From NCBI GenBank assembly GCA_003168335.1, contig PMSM01000002.1, forward strand, positions 484,899-548,898: a stretch of 64,000 nucleotides of DNA. The letters are read 5' to 3'. Numbering within the stretch: the first letter of the stretch is position 1; every line of letters starts with the position of its first letter. The notes below the pieces were generated by a model that was not told the DNA's origin, made no database searches, and worked only from the letters and a program-made list of their open reading frames with translations. The translations under genes were made by a program, and so were the position numbers. Source of the DNA: Blastocatellia bacterium. Its GTDB lineage: Bacteria; Acidobacteriota; Blastocatellia; Pyrinomonadales; Pyrinomonadaceae. Below, in pieces: positions 1 to 6,954 of the stretch.

Positions 1-2
1 AA

Positions 3-293
3 GCCAGAAAGCTGCGTTACTACACCGGCGCGATCTACAACAACCTGCGCGAGATGGCGGAAGAACTTTCAATCCTCAAGGAAGGTTATCGCGCGCAGTG
101 GCTGGCAGAGAACCGGCCGTACTGGCTGGACAGTGTTTCAGCTCGCTACGATCAGATGATTTCGATCTGGCTCATGAAGAGCCGCGCGGTGGATGAAGCC
201 CTGCGAAAGTACGAAACGACTTCGACGCTGCCGAACCCGGAGGAATTTGGATTGGGAACGCGGCCGCCAGTCGCGCCGGCACCGAACCGTTAG
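3..293 (+). CDS. C-terminal fragment of an unidentified protein (5' end lies outside the window)
   Basis: Frame 3 is open from the window edge (ARKLRYYTGAIYNNLREMAEEL...) to the stop at 291-293. The visible residues carry no diagnostic motif. Confidence 0.4.
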   Translation, partial: ARKLRYYTGAIYNNLREMAEELSILKEGYRAQWLAENRPYWLDSVSARYDQMISIWLMKSRAVDEALRKYETTSTLPNPEEFGLGTRPPVAPAPNR

Positions 294-300
294 CAAATGC

Positions 301-420
301 GATCCGCGGATTACACGGATTACTCAGATGCCGAAACGAATGAAATGATGATGCCCTTTCGTCGCCGCCTATTTTGACTCTCCACATTCGCGTCTGTGTA
401 ATCTGCGTAATCTGTGGATG
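301..420. repeat. E-type (GATTAC/GTAATC-unit) inverted-repeat element, copy 1
   Basis: Left arm GATCCGCGGATTACACGGATTACTCAGATG, right arm CGTCTGTGTAATCTGCGTAATCTGTGGATG. It ends 10 nt before the start at 430. Confidence 0.75.
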
Positions 421-429
421 AACTGATTC

Positions 430-1551
430 ATGCTCAATAGAGATAATCGTCTCGTCTCGCTCGACGTCTTCCGCGGCATCACGATCGCCGGCATGGTGCT
501 GGTGAACAATCCCGGTTCGTGGGCGCACATCTACTGGCCCCTGGACCACGCCGAATGGAACGGCTGGACGCCGACCGATCTGATCTTTCCGTTCTTTCTG
601 TTCATCGTCGGGGTGGCGATACCGCTCGCTTTTGGCAAGCGCATCGAACGCGGTGACAGCCGTCGCGCGCTCTTCCTCAAAGTCCTTTATCGTTCGGTGG
701 TCATTTTTCTGCTCGGAGAGTTCCTTGCCGGCTTCCCATATTTTCATTTCTCAACGATTCGCATTCCCGGAGTGCTGCAACGGATCGCGGTCTGTTATTT
801 CTTCGCGTCGATCATTTTCTTGACCACTCGGGCGCGCACGCTGGCGCTTATCGCCGTCGTGTTACTGGTCGGGTATTGGTTGTTGATGAAGCACGTGCCG
901 GTGCCCGGCTACTACGTCGGTGATTTGACCAAGGAAGGAAGCCTGGCTTCGTACATTGATCGAAGCATCTTTGGCTCGCACATTTGGAAGCAGGGAATTG
1001 TCTACGATCCCGAAGGACTGTTGAGCACCATGGGCGCGCTGGCGACGACTCTGTTTGGCATACTGACTGGTAACCTGATCCGATCCAAAGATAGAACACC
1101 GATCGAGAAGGTCGCCCACATGTTCATCGCCGGAGTGTGTTGTGTAATCGTCGGCTGGATCTGGAACGCCTGGTTTCCGATCAATAAATCGCTCTGGACC
1201 AGTTCATATGTTTTCTTTACTGGCGGGTTGGCGCTCCAATTTCTCGCTTTGTGTTACTGGTTGATTGATATCAAGGGCTACCAGCGTTGGACGAAGCCAT
1301 TCGTGATCTTTGGAGTGAACGCGATTGTGTTGTTTGAGGGGACCGGAATCATGGCGCGGCTGATGGGCCTGATCAAAATTCCGCGCCCGGATGGCAGTCG
1401 CCCGTCGGTACAGGCCTTTATCTACAACAACGCATACGCATCATGGCTGGCACCGAATCGAGCTTCGCTGGCCTTCGCAATTTCGTTCATTCTCTTGTGG
1501 CTGTTCTTCATGTGGCTGCTTTACCGGAAGAACATCATCATTAAGATTTGA
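430..1551 (+). CDS. Heparan-alpha-glucosaminide N-acetyltransferase-like membrane acyltransferase (DUF1624/DUF5009 family)
   Basis: The N-terminus RLVSLDVFRGITIAGMVLVNNPGSW...W.PTDLIFPFFLFIVG is typical of the HGSNAT-like family. The rest of the 373-aa product has many hydrophobic segments. Confidence 0.7.
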   Translation: MLNRDNRLVSLDVFRGITIAGMVLVNNPGSWAHIYWPLDHAEWNGWTPTDLIFPFFLFIVGVAIPLAFGKRIERGDSRRALFLKVLYRSVVIFLLGEFLAGFPYFHFSTIRIPGVLQRIAVCYFFASIIFLTTRARTLALIAVVLLVGYWLLMKHVPVPGYYVGDLTKEGSLASYIDRSIFGSHIWKQGIVYDPEGLLSTMGALATTLFGILTGNLIRSKDRTPIEKVAHMFIAGVCCVIVGWIWNAWFPINKSLWTSSYVFFTGGLALQFLALCYWLIDIKGYQRWTKPFVIFGVNAIVLFEGTGIMARLMGLIKIPRPDGSRPSVQAFIYNNAYASWLAPNRASLAFAISFILLWLFFMWLLYRKNIIIKI

Positions 1552-1630
1552 TGGGGCGCGGACATCCTTGTCTGCACGGGGTGCGCAGCATGCTCAGCCT
1601 CAGGTTTTTCTAACGGCGCCGGTAGAGATC

Positions 1631-1794
1631 GCGGCTCCGCCGCAGCACATTGCGGAAAGGCTCTGCCTTTCCGGCACGTCTTTTGAGAATTGGTGAGAGG
1701 CTATGCCTCGAACGGAGGCGTAGCCTCCTATTATTTTCAAGGAGTGGTGGACGGTAAGGCGAAGCCTTACCGCAATGTGCGGCGGCATAGCCGC
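1631..1794. repeat. A-type composite palindromic element (BIME-like), copy 1
   Basis: Architecture: [GCGGC-nnn-GCCGC][GCGGAAAGGC-nnn-GCCTTTCCG] ... central GAGGC-nnn-GCCTC pair ... [CGGTAAGGC-nnn-GCCTTACCG][GGCGGC-nnn-GCCGC]. It fills most of the 1552-1795 spacer. Confidence 0.85.
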
Positions 1795-1795
1795 G

Positions 1796-3547
1796 TCAAT
1801 GTCGGACGGTATTACTAACAGGTGGGCCGCACAGAGTGGGCGTTCGATTCGCCGCGCAATACCCCGGCCCGCGCAACACCTGTCCCGCCAGCGCCGGCGT
1901 CCGCTGCCCGTTATCTACTTCGATCTGTCCGTTAACGATTACAAAGTTGATCCCAACAGGATATTGATTCGGCTCTTCAAAGGTTGCGCGATCAATCACC
2001 GTCTGCGGATCAAAGATCGTGAGGTCCGCGAAATAGCCTTCACGAATCAAACCGCGATTCTTCAAACCAAGATTAGAAGCGGGCAAACCGGTCATCTTGT
2101 GAATCGCAAATTCCAGCGGCATCAGATGCTGGTCGCGCACGTAACGGCCGAGGATGCGCGGATAAGTGCCCCAACCGCGCGGATGCGACTTCGATCCAGC
2201 CAACGGACCGTCGGTCGCGCGCGCGCCGCTATCAGTGCAAATGCTGACAAACGGCGACTTCAAAGCGGCTTGCATGTCGCTTTCCTGCATCATGAAAAAG
2301 ATCGCGCCCGTCTGCCCGTGATCCGCGATGATGAAATCAAAGAGAGCATCAAGCGGATCTTTCTTTTCCCCGGCTGCGAATTGCCAAAGCCATTTGCCTT
2401 GCCAGCGTTCTAGATCGCGATTCACGACGGAGCCGATTAAGATGCCGCCCGGTCCACCACTCCCGAGATAAATGTTTTCCCAGGTCTTTGAGTCAGCGCT
2501 GATTTCCCACTTTAAACGTTTGCGCGTTTCGGCATCTTTCAAACGCGCAACCATTTTGTCCGTGCCACCTTCCAAAGCCCACGGCGGCAGGCAAGCGCTC
2601 AATGACGTACTGCCGGCAACGTATGGATAAACGTCGGCGGTGATCTTCAGCCCCTGTCGACGCGCGGCCGCGATGCGGCGGAGCATTTCCGGCATGCGGC
2701 CCCAGTTCTTCTTGTAAGCGGTCTTAAAGTGCCAGATCTCCGCGGGGATCCGCGCGCGGCGAGCGATCTCGAAAACCTCCTTCATCGAATCGTCAATTGC
2801 ATTGGCCTCGCTGCGCTGATGCGTGATGTAGATGCCGCCGTACTGCTGCGCGACTTTCGCCAGCTCGACGATTTCATCAGTCTTTGCGAAACGCGCGGGG
2901 ACATACTGCAAAGAAGTTGAGACACCCAGCGCGCCATCTTTCATCGCGTCAGCGACAAGCTTCTTCATTTGCGCTAACTCAGGCGGCGTAGGCGGACGAT
3001 CGTCGTAGCCAATGACATACTCGCGTACCTGCGTCGCGCCCACGAACGTGCCAAGATTGACGCCGGCGCCCTGTTTCCCCAGCCGCTGAAAATACTCAGC
3101 CAGCGTGCGCCAATCAACCGTCAGGTTGTAGCGCCGGTTGAAATCCTCCTGCTCTTTGAGAGTGCGATCGTTGATGGGCGCGATTGATTCACCTTCGCCG
3201 GTGATCTCTGTCGTTACCCCCATCATGACCTTGCTCATCGCGCGGGGATCGATCAGCACAAATTGCTCTGACTGCCCCAGCATGTCTATGAAGCCGGGCG
3301 CGACTACTTGTCCGCGGGCGTCGATGACGCGTTTGCTCGTCGCGCCGCTGAGATTGCCGACGCGGGCGATCCGTCCGCCTTTGATGGCGACATCGGCTGG
3401 GAAGGCGGGCCTTCCCGATCCATCGATGACGCGCCCGTGCCGAATGATGATGTCGTATTCGGCGGGTGCGGCGGTGCTGGTAGACGGCTGAGAAGACACG
3501 AGAAGCATGGTCGCCAGAGTTACCGCGAGTGAAATTCTGCGTATCAT
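1796..3547 (-). CDS. Secreted N-acyl-D-amino-acid deacylase (D-aminoacylase, amidohydrolase superfamily)
   Basis: Signal-peptide-like N-terminus, then YDIIIRHGRVIDGSG...DVAIKGGRIARVG...VAPGFIDMLGQSE, the D-aminoacylase beta-barrel/metal-site pattern. 583 aa. Confidence 0.75.
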   Translation of the reverse strand: MIRRISLAVTLATMLLVSSQPSTSTAAPAEYDIIIRHGRVIDGSGRPAFPADVAIKGGRIARVGNLSGATSKRVIDARGQVVAPGFIDMLGQSEQFVLIDPRAMSKVMMGVTTEITGEGESIAPINDRTLKEQEDFNRRYNLTVDWRTLAEYFQRLGKQGAGVNLGTFVGATQVREYVIGYDDRPPTPPELAQMKKLVADAMKDGALGVSTSLQYVPARFAKTDEIVELAKVAQQYGGIYITHQRSEANAIDDSMKEVFEIARRARIPAEIWHFKTAYKKNWGRMPEMLRRIAAARRQGLKITADVYPYVAGSTSLSACLPPWALEGGTDKMVARLKDAETRKRLKWEISADSKTWENIYLGSGGPGGILIGSVVNRDLERWQGKWLWQFAAGEKKDPLDALFDFIIADHGQTGAIFFMMQESDMQAALKSPFVSICTDSGARATDGPLAGSKSHPRGWGTYPRILGRYVRDQHLMPLEFAIHKMTGLPASNLGLKNRGLIREGYFADLTIFDPQTVIDRATFEEPNQYPVGINFVIVNGQIEVDNGQRTPALAGQVLRGPGYCAANRTPTLCGPPVSNTVRH

Positions 3548-3624
3548 TATCTCACCAATCTTGTTTCCGGATTTGCAGGACGAGAAATCCTAATCGTTCG
3601 GTTCCGAAGTGTCCAGCTTTGCTT

Positions 3625-3778
3625 GGGAGCGCGGACATCTCGTCCGCACAGCCTGCGCAGCCCGCCCCGTTCCCAGTTCTTGGTGAGTCCTTCGCGCTAC
3701 GCGCTCAATGCGGAACGAGACGAGCACCCCAACGGGGCTGCCCTGCCGGGGACCCCGGCCCGTCCGCGCTCCCAGCTA
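3625..3778. repeat. C-type composite palindromic element, copy 1
   Basis: Left arm GGGAGCGCGGACATCTCGTCCGCAC. The right arm in inverted orientation is GGGGACCCCGGCCCGTCCGCGCTCCC. Confidence 0.75.
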
Positions 3779-3841
3779 CGCGTGGCGCATTTCTGGCGGA
3801 TGACTTTTCCTGATTGACTACGTAGAATTCAACTCCAAATT

Positions 3842-5353
3842 ATGACCGATGCAAACAGAGCTGGAAACACTCAGCCAGTAACGCTGGCAGAGGTTGCCAA
3901 AGCGGTTGGCGGCGAACTTAGCGGCGACGAGCGCGTCCTGGTAACCGACGTAACTCATAACTCGCGCGAGGCGAGACCTGGAAGTCTGTTCGTTGCGATT
4001 CGCGGCGAGCTGTTCGATGCGCACAAGTTTGTGCCGCAGGTAATAGACCAGGGCGCGGTGGGAGTTCTGTCAGAACTGGAAAGACCTGCCGGTTTCAACG
4101 GGGCCTGGGTCCAGGTCGAAGATGTCCGTCGCGCGATGGCCCTGGCGGCGGCCGCTGTCCACCATCATCCCTCGCGCGAGCTGCAACTCGTGGGCATCAC
4201 CGGGACGAATGGGAAGACAACTACCGCTTATCTGGTCGCTTCGATCCCGGAAGCCGCAGGCGAGCCGGTGGCCATGACGGGCACGGTCGAATACCGCCTC
4301 GGCAAAGAGCGTAAGAAAGCCGGACGCACCACGCCGGAAGCGACAGACATGCAGCGACTGCTGCGCCAGGCCGTTCGGATTGGCTGCCGCACAGCGGTGA
4401 TGGAGTGCTCTTCACAGGCGATGGATTTTCATCGTTGCGATGAACTCGACTATGCCGTGGCCGCCTTTTCCAATCTCACGCGTGACCATTTGGATTATCA
4501 CAAGACGATGGAGAACTACTGGTACGCGAAGCAGCGTCTGTTCGACGGGCGGCTCGGGTCCAGACCGACGACTTCGGTCATCAATGTCGATGATCCTTAC
4601 GGAGTCCAGCTTGCGGGCCGACTGGAGCAGGAAGGGCTGCGGGTGGTTCGCTACGCGGTCAAGTCAGATGCCGAGGTCACCGCCAGCAATCCGGAATTTT
4701 CCTTATCCGGCATGCGGTTTCGTTTGCACACTCCCGCGGGCGAGCGCGACTTTCATTCGCCTTTGGTTGGGCCGCCGCATATCTACAACACGCTCACGGC
4801 GGTGGCGAGCGGCCTCGCGCTTGGTTACAGCCTCGATGTGATCGCTAAGGCTTTGGAGAAGTGCACCGGAGCGCCGGGACGATTCGAGCGCGTCGCGCAC
4901 ACAGGCGATTTTGCCGTCGTCGTGGATTACGCGCACAGCGACGATGCGCTGCTGAATGTGCTGCGCACCGCGCGTGAAGTGACGAAGGGCAGGATCATCA
5001 CGGTGTTCGGTTGCGGAGGCGATCGCGACGCATCGAAGCGCGCACCAATGGGCGAGGCGGCAGGATCGCTGAGCGATGTAGTGATTCTTACTTCGGATAA
5101 TCCGCGCACTGAAGATCCAAACAAGATTCTGGCTGACGCGGAAGTCGGCATTCAAAAGACCGGCAAGCCTTACGAAAAGATCGCCGATCGCCGCGCAGCA
5201 ATCAATCACGCCATCGCGCAGGCCCGCACTGACGATCTGGTTCTGATCGCCGGCAAAGGTCACGAGGATTATCAGATCATCGGGCGCGAAGTTTTTCACT
5301 TTGATGACAAAGAAGTCGCGCGTGAAGCGCTGGCCGAGAACCGCTCGCGGTAA
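3842..5353 (+). CDS. murE: UDP-N-acetylmuramoyl-L-alanyl-D-glutamate--2,6-diaminopimelate ligase
   Basis: Mur ligase P-loop GITGTNGKTTT, DYAHSDDAL, GCGGDRD and the DAP-specific motif SDNPRTEDP. 503 aa. Confidence 0.9.
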   Translation: MTDANRAGNTQPVTLAEVAKAVGGELSGDERVLVTDVTHNSREARPGSLFVAIRGELFDAHKFVPQVIDQGAVGVLSELERPAGFNGAWVQVEDVRRAMALAAAAVHHHPSRELQLVGITGTNGKTTTAYLVASIPEAAGEPVAMTGTVEYRLGKERKKAGRTTPEATDMQRLLRQAVRIGCRTAVMECSSQAMDFHRCDELDYAVAAFSNLTRDHLDYHKTMENYWYAKQRLFDGRLGSRPTTSVINVDDPYGVQLAGRLEQEGLRVVRYAVKSDAEVTASNPEFSLSGMRFRLHTPAGERDFHSPLVGPPHIYNTLTAVASGLALGYSLDVIAKALEKCTGAPGRFERVAHTGDFAVVVDYAHSDDALLNVLRTAREVTKGRIITVFGCGGDRDASKRAPMGEAAGSLSDVVILTSDNPRTEDPNKILADAEVGIQKTGKPYEKIADRRAAINHAIAQARTDDLVLIAGKGHEDYQIIGREVFHFDDKEVAREALAENRSR

Positions 5354-5368
5354 CGGATGCCAGTGCTT

Positions 5369-5533
5369 GCGGCTTTGCCGCCCGAGGTGCGGAAAGCCTT
5401 TGGCTTTCCGTGAACGCCGGAAGTTGCGGAGGCTACGCCTCCCACACACTCGCGAGGCGTAGCCTCGCTGAATTCTCCAGGTAAGAGCATCGGAAAGGCA
5501 GAGCCCTTCCGCACATCAGGCGGCATAGCCGCC
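5369..5533. repeat. A-type composite palindromic element, copy 2
   Basis: Same architecture. Left arm GCGGCTTTGCCGCCCGAGGTGCGGAAAGCCTTTGGCTTTCCG, centre GAGGCTACGCCTC...GAGGCGTAGCCTC, right arm CGGAAAGGCAGAGCCCTTCCGCACATCAGGCGGCATAGCCGCC. Confidence 0.9.
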
Positions 5534-5544
5534 GCCTTTGGCTC

Positions 5545-6861
5545 ATGAAAACAAATTCAGCCGCAACCCCAAAGACCTCGCCCGAAGGCCTGCTCCGCGG
5601 TATCCGCAAGTGGGACCTGGTGGCGGTGGCCATCAACGGCATTATCGGCGCTGGGATTTTTGGTTTGCCGGCGAAAGTCTATGCACTGATCGGAACGTAC
5701 AGTCTGATCGCGTTCGTAGCTTGCGCGATCGTCGTCACCCTGATCATCCTTTGTTTCGCTGAGGTCGGTAGTCGTTTCGACGAAACGGGCGGACCATACC
5801 TTTACGCGCGGGAGGCATTCGGTCCAACCGTGGGTTTCGAAGTCGGCTGGCTGAGCTGGTTGGCGCGGCTGACGGCGTTTGCCGCTAACTGCAACCTGAT
5901 GGTGAGCTATCTGGCCTTCTTTTGGCCCGGCGCCAGTGCTCCGCTTCAGCGAGCAATCATCATCACCGTGGTCGTCATTTCGCTGGCCGCGATCAATTTC
6001 ATCGGCGTGCGCCAGGCGGCGATTGCCAGCGATTTCTTCACCATCGGCAAGCTGATCCCGCTGCTAATTTTCGTCGCAGCAGGACTCTTCTTTCTCAGGC
6101 CGAACGCTTATGCCTTTGGTCCTCGACCGTCCGCCGGCGCGTTTTCACAATCGGTCTTGCTACTCATTTTTGCTTTCACCGGATTCGAGATGGCGGCGAT
6201 CCCGGCCGGCGAGGTGCGCGATCCACGCCGCAATTTACCGCGAGCGCTACTTATCGCCACCGGAGTAGTCGCCACGACTTACATTCTGGTTCAGATCGTT
6301 TGCGTCGGGACGCTGCCACAGTTGGCGAGTTCGACCAAACCGCTGGCCGACGCGGCGCAAAACTTCATGGGCACAGCCGGCGCCGCAATCATTTCCGCCG
6401 GAGCGATCATTTCGATCGCCGGGAACTTGAACATTCTGGTCCTTTCGGGATCGCGTCTGCCGTTCGCTTTCGCCGAGCAGAAACAATTGCCCCAGTTGGT
6501 TGCCCGTATCCATCGCCGATTCCTGACGCCGCACGTCGCGATCGCGATCACTGCATCGGCGATGTTGATACTGACGCTGAAAAGTTCGTTTGTCGCAGCT
6601 TTGACAATTAGCGCCATCGCCCGGCTGGTTACTTATGCGGTGACTTGTGCCGCGCTCCCAGTGTTGCGGCGGCGGACGGGAGTGCCGGCTGCGATGTTCC
6701 GAGTTCGCGGCGGGCCGATCATCGCGGTGGCCGCGTTAATCCTCGCGGTTTGGCTGCTGGCGAATAGCACTTTGAGAGAGGCTTATCAGGCGGGGATCGC
6801 TGCATTGGTCGGGTTGGTGATCTACTTTGCTTATCGAACCTATCGGACACGCGCTTCCTGA
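5545..6861 (+). CDS. APC-family amino acid permease
   Basis: 438-aa polytopic protein. N-terminal WDLVAVAINGIIGAGIFGLPA is the APC signature region. Confidence 0.8.
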   Translation: MKTNSAATPKTSPEGLLRGIRKWDLVAVAINGIIGAGIFGLPAKVYALIGTYSLIAFVACAIVVTLIILCFAEVGSRFDETGGPYLYAREAFGPTVGFEVGWLSWLARLTAFAANCNLMVSYLAFFWPGASAPLQRAIIITVVVISLAAINFIGVRQAAIASDFFTIGKLIPLLIFVAAGLFFLRPNAYAFGPRPSAGAFSQSVLLLIFAFTGFEMAAIPAGEVRDPRRNLPRALLIATGVVATTYILVQIVCVGTLPQLASSTKPLADAAQNFMGTAGAAIISAGAIISIAGNLNILVLSGSRLPFAFAEQKQLPQLVARIHRRFLTPHVAIAITASAMLILTLKSSFVAALTISAIARLVTYAVTCAALPVLRRRTGVPAAMFRVRGGPIIAVAALILAVWLLANSTLREAYQAGIAALVGLVIYFAYRTYRTRAS

Positions 6862-6954
6862 GTCACGCGGGCGCTCTCGGCAAATCCGGCGCGTGGTGTA
6901 TGATCCCGTCATTCGCAAAAATGGGACAGCGACTCTCGACGATAGCTCTCAGCA

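Noticed and set aside
1552-1795. The dense short palindromes in this and other spacers were considered as possible CRISPR arrays or tRNA-like genes
   Set aside because: There is no constant direct repeat with unique, similar-length spacers. The units are inverted and nested, not tandem. None folds into a cloverleaf with anticodon and T-loop features. No cas genes are in the window.
5922-6611. 229-aa plus-strand ORF inside the APC permease gene
   Set aside because: It is an out-of-frame overlap with a clear 12-TM-type permease. The product is Arg/His-rich and lacks features.
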